Assembly: GCF_006345805.1 (NCBI RefSeq)
Contig: NC_043018.1
Coordinates: 8,556,001 to 8,620,000, forward strand
Length of the DNA stretch: 64,000 nucleotides
Direction: 5' to 3'
Source: Octopus sinensis
Taxonomy: Eukaryota
Below the pieces are notes generated by a model. That model was not told where the DNA came from and did not search any database. It saw only the letters and a list, made by a program, of their open reading frames with translations. Positions 50,601 through 63,454 of this stretch are shown here, piece by piece (position 1 is the stretch's first letter; the number at the start of each line of letters is the position of its first letter). The translations under genes and the position numbers were made by a program.

Positions 50601-53262
50601 GCTGACACTGTAGTACATTTCCAGTGTTAGTAGCTGTGCAAAAGCAATAATAATGATAATAATAATGATAATTACTTTGACTTTACTTGCTAATGCTGTT
50701 GTTGTCGATTGATTGGATCAACAAATTTATTTTTAGCTGTGGAGGAAACATACTTATGAACGTTGGACCCACCCATGATGGACGTATTGCTCCAATTTTT
50801 GAAGAGAGATTGCTCCAAGTTGGTCAATGGCTCAAAGTCAATGGAGAGGCCATCTATGCCAGCAGACCTTGGACCTACCAGAACGACACATATACAAAGA
50901 AAGTTTGGTAAGAATATTTGCTTCCATTATCTTCGTTTGTCTGAAATTGTTGTTGTTGTTTAACCTAGGTCAGCCGTCATTTAGCTGACATCGTGTACCT
51001 TGCAAAACATTTAGCAATGTGCCATTCATACTTTACAAGACAGCAGAATAATTCAACGGTGTGGAGGGCATATACATATATGAATACATATATATAACAA
51101 ATGATACTCTTTTACTTGTTTCAGTCATTTGACTGTGGCCATGCTGTAGCCCCACCTTTAGTCGAGCAAATCGACCCCAGGACTTATTCTTTGTAAGTCC
51201 AGTACTTATTCTATCGGTCTCTTTTGCCAAACCGCTAAGTTACGGGGACGTAAACATACCAGCATCAGTTGCCAAGCAATGTTGGGGGGACAAGCACAGA
51301 CACAAAAACATATACACACATACATATATATATGTATATATACATATATACGACGGGCTTCTTTTAGTTTCCGTCAACCAAATCCACTCACAAGGCTTTG
51401 TTCGATCCAAGGCTATAGTAGAAGACACTTTCCCAAGGTGAACCCGGAACCATGTGGTTCATAATCAAGCTACTTACCACACAGCCACTCTTACACCTGA
51501 TAGAGACAGAAAATGGAATATCCAAGAGACTTTATTGCCCACAGTGATTGTTTCAATCCATCTTGAATCACCCCTTCACAGTGAACATGCTTCATCGGCT
51601 AACTACTAGGAACGCACCCAACACTTAAATAATTATTCTCTCTCTCTCTTTCATACACACATGAATGAGTAAAAGAAGAAAATGGCTCCGTCAAATTGGA
51701 AAGAAACCTCTTCCCCCTCTCTCTCTCTCTCTCCTTTATTATCTTGTGCTTTTGTTCATTTTTCGAACTTTCAAGTCAAAATCAAAATCAAAATGGTAAA
51801 AACAGAACATTTCATTGTTCATTTATATGAATTGGATGCTTTTAAGGAAAAAGTTTCCTGAATGCCTTACTTCCCTGGGTATGGACACATTGAAACTCCG
51901 ACGTCTGGCAGCTGACTTGGCAGACACCCATAAAATTATCAACCATCGTACAAACAATAACTCTGAGCACCTTTTCAAACTCCACCCGTCTAACACCCGT
52001 GGACATATTTACAAAGTCAGAAAACAGCACAGCTCCCATGACTTCAGGAAACATTTTTTCACGCTGAGAGTTGCTGAAGCATGGAACAAACTGCCGGTAT
52101 CAGTTGTTAGTTGTCGGAGCACTGCATCCTTCAAAACTTCCATGCTTCCTGAGATTCGCCAACACTACACCTGATTTTCTCCCCTCCATACACACGCAAG
52201 CATGTATCCGACTCATACATTGTTCGCTTTCCAGACATTTGTACATTACTGCATATACTCTGACAAGTTGTGGTGCACCTGAGCACTGTATACAATAATT
52301 TCATTATTATTTTTTTTTTATTCTTTATTTTACCTGAAGTAATAGCTTCCCGTATACTTTTACAGGTGTAACAACTTGTCCTGTACTTTTCCAGGTTTAT
52401 AATCTTAAGAATATTGCTTTCCATGCTCACATTTTTCCATGTAATATATATGTATGTGTATGTGTGTATGCATATGTATGTGTATGTATACATATATATA
52501 TATAGGCTTATGTATGTATATGTGTATTTCTCTCCATGTTTCTCTCCTTGTTTTTTTTCTGTGTATCTTTCTGTCGAAGAGCGTAGGCTCGAAACGTAAA
52601 AGACTTTTTCTATTTCTATTCCTGAGCGCTATACTAATACATTTGTTTGTTTGTACTCTACCTGCCTTCGTCTTTTGTTTATTTTCGTAAACTTTCCTGT
52701 TATATGTGTATATATATGCATATGTATGTATATGTGTATATATATGCATATGTATGTATATGTGTATATATATGCATATGTATGTATATGTGTATATATA
52801 TGCATATGTACATATATGTGCATATATACATGTGTGTGTGTATGCATATGTATGTGTATGTATGTATATATTTGTGTGTGTGTGTATCTATATATGCATA
52901 TGTATGTATATGTGTATATATACATGTGCGTGTGTGTTTATGAATACATAATATTGCTCCATGCCATTATCTGATTTTCTTGTTTTACCATTTCTCTCCC
53001 CTCCAGGTACACCAGTAAAATGGAGAACAACACAAAAGTCGTGTATGCTACGATGTTGTTTTGGCCAAATACTAATATTGTCATCCTTGGAGCTGTAAAA
53101 CCAACGTCAAGAACAGTTGTCAGCATGCTTGGTTATCCAAAGCCATTTGGATACATTTACTTTCCTTCAACTGGGCTTCAAATTGACCTACCCAACATCC
53201 CTATATCGAGCTTACCATGTGACTGGGCATGGGTGTTTAAAATTACAAACCTTGAGGAATAA
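33720..53262 (+). CDS. FUCA: Alpha-L-fucosidase (GH29) copy 2, 8 exons: 33720-34126, 43368-43474, 43666-43793, 45153-45286, 48234-48331, 49109-49241, 50737-50907, 53007-53262; 477 aa
   Basis: Exon lengths 407+107+128+134+98+133+171+256=1434 nt, an uninterrupted frame. All GT-AG. Same GH29 motifs as copy 1. Confidence 0.94.
34663..34990 (-). mobile_element. tRNA-derived SINE family C (relative at 49636-49955, +)
   Basis: Head tggctcagtggttagagcg...tcgaatcccgg; shared body. Confidence 0.75.
35058..36369 (+). mobile_element. (GAT)n-tailed SINE family B with expanded internal tandem repeats
   Basis: About 5 copies of a ~63-bp unit and 3 ~330-bp higher-order units; 3' end catgctagcatggaaagcggacgttaaatgatgat. 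Other copies at 27265-27447, 44403-44780, 56799-57300, 59469-59860 and 62487-62675. Confidence 0.75.
36370..38110. repeat. Long degenerate (TA)n/(TATG) tract (second tract at 38962-39417)
   Basis: Seen directly. Confidence 0.95.
40642..41030 (+). mobile_element. SINE family A
   Basis: Family similarity. Confidence 0.85.
42021..42112 (-). ncRNA. Hammerhead ribozyme in the left arm of inverted repeat 41977-42460
   Basis: Reverse complement: gcgg-CTGAAGA-gggcttta...taaagctc-GAAAC-atgt-GTA-ccgc; the + arm copy (42325-42416) has AAAAC instead of GAAAC. Confidence 0.7.
43368..43474 (+). CDS. FUCA: FUCA copy 2 exon 2
   Basis: tcag|G; [23 protein letters not shown]. Confidence 0.93.
43666..43793 (+). 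CDS. FUCA: FUCA copy 2 exon 3
   Basis: [14 protein letters not shown]; GT-AG boundaries. Confidence 0.93.
44185..44236 (+). ncRNA. Complete type I hammerhead ribozyme in intron 3 of FUCA copy 2
   Basis: tgggtca-CTGATGA-agatt(gatta)aatct-GAAA-tca(ccac)tga-TA-tgactca; all three stems pair. Confidence 0.75.
45153..45286 (+). CDS. FUCA: FUCA copy 2 exon 4
   Basis: [44 protein letters not shown]; contains the WSD nucleophile motif. Confidence 0.93.
45350..46748 (-). mobile_element. Tandem Dong/R4-clade 3' fragments (duplicate of 16597-18201)
   Basis: ORF track 45832-46092 and 46153-46836; (TAA)n flanks. Confidence 0.85.
48234..48331 (+). CDS. FUCA: FUCA copy 2 exon 5
   Basis: [14 protein letters not shown]. 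Confidence 0.93.
49109..49241 (+). CDS. FUCA: FUCA copy 2 exon 6
   Basis: [22 protein letters not shown]. Confidence 0.92.
50737..50907 (+). CDS. FUCA: FUCA copy 2 exon 7
   Basis: [11 protein letters not shown]...NGEAIY. Confidence 0.94.
51859..52315 (+). mobile_element. CR1-clade LINE 3' end in intron 7, copy 2 only
   Basis: [15 protein letters not shown]...NTRGH.YK...[19 protein letters not shown]......FK is the CR1 ORF2 C-terminal motif; empty site at ~22700. Confidence 0.85.
53007..53262 (+). CDS. FUCA: FUCA copy 2 exon 8
   Basis: YTSK...[15 protein letters not shown]. Confidence 0.92.
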
Positions 53263-53277
53263 ACTTGCTCTCTCTTT

Positions 53278-53886
53278 ATCTATCTATCTATCTATCTACC
53301 TACCTACCTACCTACCTACCTACCTACCTATCTATCTATCTACCTACCTACCTACCTACCTACCTACCTACCTATCTATCTATCTATCTATCTACCTACC
53401 TACCTACTACCCACCTATCTATCTATCTATCTATCTATCTGTCTATCTATCTACCTACATACCTACCTACCTACCTATCTATGTATCTATCTATCTGTCT
53501 ATCTATCTGTCAATCTATCTATCTATCTACCTACCTACCTACCTATCTACATACCTACCTACCTATCTATCTGTCTATCTATCTACCTACCTACCTACCT
53601 ACCTACCTACCTACCTATCTATCTATCTATCTACCTACATACCTACCTACCTACCTATCTATCTATCTATCTATCTACCTACCTACCTACCTACCTATCT
53701 ATCTATCTATCTATCTCTCTGTCTATCTATCTACCTACATACCTACCTACCTACCTATCTATGTATCTATCTATCTGTCTATCTATCTATCTGTCAATCT
53801 ATCTATCTATCTACCTACCTACCTACCTATCTACATACCTACCTACCTATCTATCTGTCTATCTATCTACCTACCTACCTACCTAC

Positions 53887-53917
<31 letters not shown>

Positions 53918-54060
53918 CCTACCTACCTACCTACCTATCTATCTATCTACCTACCTACCTACCTACCTACCTACCTATCTATCTATCTATCTACCTACCT
54001 ACCTACCTATCTATCTGTCTGTCTGTCTATCTACCTGTCTGTCTGTCTGTCTGTCTACGC
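53278..54060. repeat. (CTAT)n/(CTAC)n microsatellite after the FUCA copy 2 stop
   Basis: Seen directly; over twice the length of the copy 1 tract. Confidence 0.95.
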
Positions 54061-54279
54061 ATTTATACAAAGACAAATGGATATTTATATGTATATATCA
54101 CATATATATATAACATATGTATGTATGTATGTATGTATATATATGTATTAATTGAAGTGTACAGTATTATATAACCATTACAGCTGATCTAACTAATTTG
54201 TTTCACATTGGGGTCCAGTGGGGTGTTAGATAACAGCTCAATTACTTAACCCTGCACTCTTCAGAGATGGCAGTTATAG

Positions 54280-54918
54280 AAAATATGGTGACTGCTCCGT
54301 ATTGTTTGAGGTGAGAAGCATTAAAACTCACATGGGTAAGATTTTCCTGAGCTTAGCAGACAAACACTTCCCTGATACAAATAGGTTCAGTGAAATATTA
54401 AATAGGCACACCCTGAGGGCTTCTTTTGGTTGTGCACCTAATGTAAAAAGGATATTAGTTGGTAGACCCACACCTGAGACAGAGATAGGATGCTCATGTA
54501 GGAGTACCACATGTCCATTTAATGGCCACTGTCATATAGAAACCATTGTGTTTGAGGCAGAGGTAACAGCAATTGGACTAAATGAGGAGCTAAATGTGCA
54601 AAAGTATGTGGGTGTAACTGAAGAGCCCTTCATAACCTGATACAACAACCACAAGTCCTATTTCAACATCCTGGAGAAACAAAGCACCACAACCCTGGGC
54701 AAGTACATGTGGAAGTTGAAAGAGTGCCATAGAATACAACATAAAGTGGAGAATATTAGAAAAATTCCAAGTTTACTTCAATAGGAGCAGGAAGTGCAGA
54801 TTATGTCTAACTGAGAAAAAGAGCCGTATTAAGAACTCTCAGTACTCAGACATCTATTTGAATAGCTGATATGAAATTTTTAATCCATGCCCACATGAAA
54901 GGAAATACATTCTAGCAT
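54280..54918 (+). mobile_element. Decayed Penelope-like GIY-YIG fragment (duplicate of 24060-24660)
   Basis: CPFNGHCHIETIVFEAEV...KYVGVTEEPF. Confidence 0.8.
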
Positions 54919-57900
54919 ACCTACATGCCTCATTGTTACTATAGTCACTAATTCCTCAAATTTATCTGTCCCACCACCAATATCTGGGAATCCACCAATG
55001 GGTTTGACCCAAACATACACAAAAGCACCCTAACATGGTGGACAGCCACCTAATTGATCCACCCAATATAAGTCTCCACATATATAGTACTGCTGCACAC
55101 ATTCCATATCTACACAAATACTCCAAAGAATTTAATGAAAACATAAGCAAAACACACTGATGCTTATGCAGCCTTTGGATACCCCAATAGTCTGATAATC
55201 AAGGCATTTTAGCTACCAGGCTTAAAGTATAAAAAAGAGTTTTTAATTTTGTGTGAGCATTTTACCCAAATTTCATTGCATTTACTAATAACATAACCAA
55301 AACGTTTTAGGGTTTCCAATAATTCAGTGAAACAAAGTCTACACCTATATCTAACACCACACGCATTTTAATAGAGATATATATATAGAAATATATATTT
55401 CTCTCTCTTCTTTTTTTGTTTTTGCATATATTCTTAAAGGCTTTTGTTCATTTTAAGTCACTGAAGTATGGTCATGCTGGGGCATCACCTTTAATGGTTT
55501 TAGTCAATCATACTGAATATTTTTTTTTATTTTGGTACTTATTTTATTGATCTTTGACAAGTGCATATATAGCAGGTTTCTGTACAGTTTCCATTTGAAT
55601 AATTTCACTCACAAGTTATTGGTCAATCTGGATCTGTGGCAGATACATTTGCTCAAGGTGCCACACAGTGCACATGCACTTCTGAACACTGCAGTTATGC
55701 TTGCTAAAATATATACATAAGGATGAGGGACCCTTCCCCTGCTACATAGGCTTATATAACTAGTTTCCCAGATTCTGTGGCAAATATATATTCCCTTCTG
55801 GTCTGGAGCAACATGAAATGAAGTGTTTTGCTCAAGAACACACAATGCATTGTCCAGTCCTGGAATTGAAACCTCAATCTTACAATCATGAGTGCAACAC
55901 CCTAACCACTAAGCCACATGCTTCCACACACACACACATTTAGTATGATTAATGTAAGCAGTATTTGTTTAAAATAGCAATCTGTATATCACACTTAGTT
56001 ATAACATTGAAAGCGTGCTAAACTGGTATTTGCCTCAAAAGAGCATCTCTTATAGACGTGTAGTGTTAAAAAGCACACAAATATCAGAAGCAGATGAAAA
56101 TAGTCCCAGCAGCAATGTTGGCATAGCTTAATATGTATTTCTGCTGCTTTGAGCCTTGTCAGTAGCAAGTATCCACTACCAACCTTCTAATATGGAAAAA
56201 ACTGTGACTGAAAAATCACTGATGTCACAATTAGTCGGCCAGCTAAATAAAAATTTGCTATTAGCAATGGAAACTTTATTCGTTAAAAATAGCAAATGAC
56301 ACCATCCCGCTAGCTAAGCAAGCACGCCAACAGAGAAAGAGTGAGAGAAAGTTGTGGCGAAAGAGTACAGCAGGGATCGCCACCACCCCCTGCTGGAGCT
56401 TGTGGAGTCTTTAGGTGTTTTTCGCTCAATAACACTCACAACGCCTGGTCTGAGAATCAAAACCGTGATCCTACGATCCCCACCGCAAATTCGCTGGGCC
56501 CTCCCACTGGGCCATTGGCGGCTCTACATATATATATATGTTTGTGTGTGTGTCTCCTTGTTGTCACATCTTGTGATTGTTGTGAACGAGTGTCATTCAT
56601 TTCTGATAATTTGTGAAAACATGTCTGGCCATGAGAAATATTACTCCCTTGGAAACAGGTGAGGTTGTTGACAGGAGAGCACCGGTCAAAGGAAAATCTG
56701 ACTCAAAAAACACTGTTCAACCCATTTAAGCAAAGAAAAGTGAATGTTAAAATAAAGATGATATATACAGATATAATCTGTGTGTGTGTGTATGTATTCA
56801 TCATCATCGTTTAGCGTCCGTTCTCCATGCTAGCATGGGTTGGACGGTTCAACTGGGGTCTGTGAAGCTGGAAGGCTTCATCAGGCCTAGTCTGATCAGG
56901 CAGTGTTTCTACAGCTGGATGCCCTTCCTAACGCCAACCACTCTGTGAGTCTAGTGGGTGCTTTTTACGTGCCACCGGCACAGGTGCCAGACAGAGCTGG
57001 CAAACGGACACGAACGGATGGTGCTTTTTACGTGCCACCGGCACGAGGCCAGTCGGGGCGGTGCTGGCAACGGTCACAAACGGATGGTTCTCTTACATGC
57101 TACCGGCACTGGTAACATATCTGCAATTTCCATTGATCGATTTCGATTCAGATCCTCACTTGCCTTAACAGGTCTTCACAAGTAGAGTTTTGTGTCCCAA
57201 GAAGGGAAGGTATGCATACGTAGGCTGGCTCCATCCCATGTAGAAGGCCACGGGTTATGGTCTCACTTGTTCTGCCGGGTCTTCTCGCGCACAGCACACT
57301 TTCATAAACACATGAAGATAAGGTATACCTTCTATTATACCATTCTCATCTTGGATGTGCCTTCAGTTCATTATTCAGCTTCACTTTGACTGCTTAATTA
57401 CCAAATGTTATTCGGACGGGGTCTTACCATTTCTGGTACTGAGCTAATGGGACCAGTCTTGTTTTCTAAGGCCAATTGTTCCTATGACACATTTGGAGGT
57501 ATTAAATTTAATTTGTCATAGATTGGCCCAAGTTTTAATAACTTTTATTCAGATTTGACAAGACATGTGTGCACAAACATACAAAATAAAAAAAAAAGAC
57601 AACAAAAAAACATATTTCTATTTTTGAAGGAAAGAAAACTTAATTACTGAAACTTAACTTTTGCATTAATTTTATGTTAAATGGAAAAATAAAATTTGTA
57701 TTTTCTAATTCTGAAATCTTAGTGTTTTTATTCACATTTCTTCTGTTGGTATTCTTGTTTAGCCCTAGGTCAGTCCTGATCAAAAGTATTCCACCCATCA
57801 TTTTTTTTTTAATGTACAGCAAACTGAGGATCAAATCACATATATTAAGATGTAGAGTGTAACTTGGAGACTCGGTTGTTATTTCTAGTTAGTCACATAA

Positions 57901-59229
57901 CCACATAGATGGGCCTTTATTGACTCAAGATGTTAGTGGTAGAGGTGTTTAACCCCAGGCTAGTACTGATCCAACATACCTATGATCACAGGTTTCTAGT
58001 AGTGATCATTCTCCCATTTTTTCTTAAGACATAAATGTAGCAAGGGATCCAGAATCCAGTGTCCTTCCTTATTGTGATTTGAGGACAATTCAGATACTAT
58101 TTCTAACAGGCCAGGTAACCATGTACAGGCAATGGGAGCTTCTTTGTATTTAATCCCCCTACAAGAAATATCAACCAAACCTCCCTCAAATTATTTCAAC
58201 CTTTATTGCAGAAATCAGATCCACTCAAAATTTCATTACTTTTAACTGCAGAAAGTAGCTTTATATTCCAATCTGTTGAGGAATGTCATGAACAGAATTA
58301 TTGTACATAAGATATGTCAAGTTTATGGAGACACGACTTACAGAAAATATCAATTCTATATTTTATAGTAAAATATTTAATATAATTACTGAAATAATGA
58401 TGGAATTTAATTTCACAGTTAAAGGGTTAAATAAAGTATAAGACAGTCACCTGTGTATCATACTTAAAGCCAAATTAACACATCTAACATTCTGACTACC
58501 ACCACTGCTGGACAATTTTCATGTGTTATTTAACACAATACATTCATCAGAGGTGCTATATTCAGATAAATACAGCAGTTTATTTAGCTTTCTGTGAGGT
58601 ATTTGCATTAAATATAATACACAGATGGCTATTTTAAACTAATATTGCTTCCGTTACGCATAAAAGCAGGATACATTGGATAACAAAGTCACTCACTGAA
58701 ATACAAAAAAAAAGAGGGGATGGTCATGGCCAGAATTCCTTCCATTATAAATCTATTTGATCAGGATTGATCTAGAAGTAAACAATAACGATTGGGCCAT
58801 ATTTTTGTATCAATTAATTAAAAATATTAATCACCCGTCTCCATTAGATGAATGGTTGTATGGGAGGGGAGATAAACCAACAGCTGCTACACTAAATCCC
58901 ACATGACATCTCTCATAAACCATGTCTCTATTTTCAGAGTTGAGGTTGTGAGAAATTTACTTCACAACCATATGATTTTGGATTCAATCCCTTGTTCGTA
59001 AGATGGTTAATAATTTTATGGGTGGCTGCCAGACATTGAAGTTTCAATGTGTCCATGCCCAGGGAAGTAAGGCGTTCAGACTATGGCAAATACCTGATGG
59101 AGGGTATTCATAACCATATGATTTTGGATTCAATCCCACTCAATATGCTACACTTTGCTGGTATCTTCTGCTACAGCCTCGAGTTGAGCAATTTCTTATG
59201 CATGGAATTTGGTAGCCACAATATATATA

Positions 59230-59466
59230 CAGGGTTGGCCAAAAGTTACCCGACAGTAAATCAAAACCATCTAATTTCAAAATATTTTAATGTTTAACAA
59301 CTGAATGTATTTAATAAAAGCATCTAAATATGAAACATCATGAAAATTGTTCAAACTGAAGTCCTTCTTGAGTGACACCTTTTTTCCATTCGAGTAAATA
59401 CAGAATTACAGCAGAGAGTATTTATGGAATTTTGATTTACTGTCGGGTGACTTTTGGCCAACCCTG
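59230..59466. mobile_element. Tc1/mariner-type MITE
   Basis: TA|cagggttggccaaaagttacccgacagtaaatcaaa ... tttgatttactgtcgggtgacttttggccaaccctg|TA. Confidence 0.85.
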
Positions 59467-60319
59467 TATCATCATCATCGTTTAGCGTCCGCTTTCCATG
59501 CTAGCATGGGTTGGATGGTTCAACTGGGGTCTGGGAGGCTGCACCAGGCCCAGTCTGATCTGGCAGTGTTTCTACGGCTGGATGCCCTTCCTAACGCCAA
59601 CCACTCCGTGAGTGTAGTGGGTGCTTTTTACGTGCCAGACGGGGCTGGCAAACGGCCACAACTGGATGATGCTTTTTACATGCCACCGGCACGGAGGCCA
59701 GTCAGGGTGGCGCTGGCTACTGCCATGTTCGGATGGTTCTCTTACGTACCACCGGCACTGGTATCACAGCTGCAATTTCCATTGATGTTGATCGATTTTG
59801 ATTTTCACTTGCCTCAACAGGTCTTCACAAGTAGAGTTTTGTGTCCCAAGAAGGAAAGGAATGCATTTGTTATTTAATAACAGTTTGACTTGGTTCCATG
59901 TAACTTAGATTTCTAGGTTTGTGGAATGAACATCCCTCATCAAACATCTGAAGATATATTTCTTTACTACCCACAAGGGGCTAAACACAGAGGGGACAAA
60001 CAAGGACAGACAAACGGATTAAATCGATTACATCAACCCGTGTGTAACTGGTACTTAATTTATCGACCCCGAAAGGATGAAATGCAAAGTCAACTTCGGC
60101 GGAATTGACATCTGAAGATAGAGTGACAGGATGTGAGACAAATTCAAGGTGGCTTCTAGATGTTAGGCCATCGCTTTGTCAACTCAGATCACATAATTGT
60201 TATTGGTCCGGAAGTGATATGGATTATTTACTTGGTTCTAAGGCCTATGTGTTATTAAATAACATGTAACTCCAACTAAATGTCTTTTGATCATTCACTC
60301 ACTCATATATATATATATA

Positions 60320-60712
60320 TAAATTAGAAAAAAACCCACCTTTTATCAATTCAAAATGAACAATTAAATTATACCATCTAGAAAAGTTAAAATTAAAATT
60401 AAAATAACAATAAAATGTAAAGAATAAGTAAATTGCAAAAATAATAATAAAAACGCATATAATATGTTTTTATTATTATTATTTTTGCAATTTACTTATT
60501 CTTTACATTTTATTGTTATTTTAATTTTAACTTTTCTATTATATGTAATTTTCTAGGTGGTGTAATTTAATTGTTCATTTTGAATTTATAAAAGGTGTTT
60601 TTTTTCTAATTATTTTATATATATATTATATTGTGTGAGATTTGATTTAGTATTTCTAAATTGAATTTTTTTCCTTGTAAGTTTGGATTTTATTCCCTCA
60701 AATAATAATTAT
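60320..60712. repeat. AT-rich hairpin insert with tail resembling the 2183-2603 family
   Basis: Inverted arms centred near 60460; tail ttttccttgtaagtttggattttattccct. Confidence 0.65.
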
Positions 60713-60934
60713 ATATAAATATATGTCTGAAGAATTACACACATACACACACACAGGGTTTGGAAAATAATGGGAATCCACTTCTTATTCAACTACTTTC
60801 CTATTGGGTAATATGATAAATTCAATATTGTTCCAGTCGGTATTTATGCGTTCAAATGCATTGTGTCTGAAAGAATGGAAACCAAGAAAGTGACAAAATA
60901 TTTACAAAATTTATTAAGATTTTCTCTTGAACTT

Positions 60935-61099
60935 TTAATTTTCAGTTGAAACTGTCTTTTTCTTCTTCTCAATAATTTTCCTGGCTTTGTACGCTTTGAC
61001 TTTGCGTGTTTGTAATTTGCTGTAGTCTTGTCTTTCCATATGAATTCGGCCAGTCTTATTGCGGAAGGCATCATGTGCTATATTTTTCCTCTTCTGGAT
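60935..61099 (-). CDS. RPF2: RPF2 last exon
   Basis: cag|ATC; IQKRKNIAHDAFRNKTGRIHMERQDYSKLQTRKVKAYK...EN* matches the RPF2 C-terminal GRIHM..QD.SKLQTRK.K motif; phase 0 fits the upstream exon; AATAAA at 60910-60915 (-). Confidence 0.9.
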   Translation of the reverse strand: MQKRKNIAHDAFRNKTGRIHMERQDYSKLQTRKVKAYKARKIIEKKKKTVSTEN

Positions 61100-61928
61100 C
61101 TGAAAAAGGAAGAATTAAAAAGCAATATTACATAACGATTCTAATATATATTAGACTTGCAGAGCTGCCCTGCCATACCCAGATTCTATATTGCAGTAAT
61201 ACTATGTAGTAGTGAGCACATTTTGGTATACATTACAAAGTATTTAACTAATAAAACAAGATCTCCATGTATTTTCCTAGACAGGAATTACAGCAGACTT
61301 TTTATGTTCACTTATTTGTCACAGAATAAAAACAATATTCTTAGTCTCTCCCTTGTGGCGCAATGACGAAACCAAGTTCCCAACTTTTTAAGTATCAATA
61401 TGATGTTGGACATGTGACAAGGTAGATTCTACCTACTTGCAATGCTTGCCATTCAGATTATTTTGATGGTCATGGCAAAATTAAGAGAGGAAATTGAAGC
61501 GCTTTCAAAATTTCAAATGACAAAAAATCTGTTGGCTTCAAAACTATTCTGGGAATGAAATTCTTCTGATGGGGAATCTTGTGTCATTATTAAGTTTGGA
61601 GGATCTAGACAAGGTAACACAACTGATGCACTAAGCTTCATTAGCAGATTGTATGGAGGGTTTTACTGCTGGTTGAAGGATGTTCAGAAACTGCTGGACA
61701 AATTACAACCTACTCCTGGTAACTGTCCAATGGTTTTTAGCGTTTGTTGTTGCCTTCTGTAAATTTCTCTAACAGCAACATTTTTTGTTTAGTGTTAAAA
61801 TTTTTCATTCACAGAATGGGGATGTCTGTAATGACTGCAATCAGCTCCTGTTATGTTTGAATGATTTGATAAAAAATAAATAATTTGGGTCACTGGAGCC
61901 TCTTTTGAAATGAAAAAGAAAATGCTTA

Positions 61929-62336
61929 GGATCTTTTCGGTTTGAATGGCAGTTTTTTCTAGCAGTGTCATATGAAATTGTCACCCATAATTATGACCCT
62001 AGTATCGATCTATTGCATTTCAATCTGTTTTAGGGTTAGGGTGGGGAAAGGTATCTTTTTTTCTTCAGAAATGTAAATAAACCCAATCAGTTTCTTAAAT
62101 GAGGGACATATTCATACGGCACAGAATGTTTTCACCTCAATAGACGGTTGTTGTTTGGTTGAAATTTCCGAAATACAAGAAATTAAAGACCAAATATCTT
62201 ACAAACTATAGAATTTTCTCAATAAAGCCAAAGGAAAAAGATGCTTTATAAACACATTCTACCAGTATATGAAGTTTAAAATTTTTTAGTTACCTAGAAA
62301 TTATGTTAAAAACTGCCGTTCAAACCGAAAAGATCC
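61929..62336. mobile_element. Full-length Merlin-like MITE in the RPF2 intron
   Basis: TIRs start GGATCTTTTCGGTTTGAA; perfect 8-bp TSD aatgctta. GG termini with an 8-bp TSD fit Merlin. Confidence 0.8.
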
Positions 62337-62342
62337 AATGCT

Positions 62343-62378
<36 letters not shown>

Positions 62379-62938
62379 TATAGTTGTGGATCCAGATCTA
62401 TGAATATTTATTTATATATGTATGTAGATGAAGATCTCTCTTGACTAAGGATAAGCACTTCACAAGTTACGTACAACAAATTTCAAAGTGCCACGTAAAA
62501 AGCACCCAGCCCCCTTTGCTGGGTGGTTGGTGTTAGGAAGGGTGTATAGCTATAAAAATAATGCCAAAACAAGACACAGAAGTACGATGCAGGCTTCTGC
62601 TTGGCCAGCTTCTGTAAAACCGTCCAACCTATGCCAACTTGGACGGAGGATGTTAAATGGTGATGAGGATGATGAACGTCACATCCCCAGAGTAAGCAGC
62701 CACTGCCTACAGACACTTACTGAGCACAGACCTGTTTATTCTTACCAACTTTCATTGATCTTTCAACAAATTACAGGAGGACATCACACTCCTCTCCATC
62801 CTCAACCATCCTTTCCCAGTGGAACTCGAAACAAAATCAATGTGGTCTTAGCCAAAGAAGAAAGTCTCTACTACACAACCATTTTTGTCCATGACCACCA
62901 CGCAGAGGAATACTGCCAAACATTCCTGGCTCAATTAA

Positions 62939-63158
62939 CCCTTTCGTTACCAACCGGCTAAAACTGGCTTTGGTTCTGTAGTATAAATGTCTTCTTTTCA
63001 TAAGTTTGGAATTAAAATCTTCTACCAAACCTTAGTCACAATTTATGTTCCTAACACTAGCTTAATTATAACGATGTTATTTTACTAAATTCTTTGTTAT
63101 ATTTAAAATAATTGAAAGAAACTCAGAGCATCTCAAAATAAATACAGTAATGAAAGGG
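62939..63158. mobile_element. piggyBac-like MITE
   Basis: TTAA|ccctttcgttac ... gtaatgaaaggg|TTAA. Confidence 0.75.
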
Positions 63159-63309
63159 TTAAAGCAGCAAGGTAACCCTCATGATGGACTTGGCCAAGAA
63201 AGATCCATTCTACTTATGATGACAGCTGTTTGACAAAGCTCCACAAGTCAGCAATGCTGAGACATGCACAGGTAACAACAGGAAGATGATGACAAATAGT
63301 AGAACAAAC

Positions 63310-63454
63310 CTTTGCAGCCCTTGGACGCTTGCAAGCACGTTTATATAAGGCATCTGTTGCCAGTTTTGTCCGCCGGAGAACAAACTCAAATGATGGTCCC
63401 ATGTCAGAGAGGTCAATATAAGGAGTGCGGGAACCAGACTTCTTCAATGATATT
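63310..63454 (-). CDS. RPF2: Ribosome production factor 2 homolog (Brix domain), penultimate exon; gene continues beyond the window
   Basis: ISLKKSGSRTPYIDLSDMGPSFEFVLRRTKLATDALYKRACKRPRAAK matches the RPF2 pattern KKSG.RTP.I.L..MGPS...LRRT.LA...LYK; acceptor tag, donor gtttgt. Confidence 0.9.

Noticed and set aside
53117-54174. 344-aa and 282-aa YLSI/YLPT ORFs (also 23350-23955)
   Set aside because: They read through (CTAT/CTAC)n repeats downstream of the real stop.
62488-62961. 157-aa + strand ORF
   Set aside because: It starts in a SINE, lies antisense in the RPF2 intron and has no recognisable motif.
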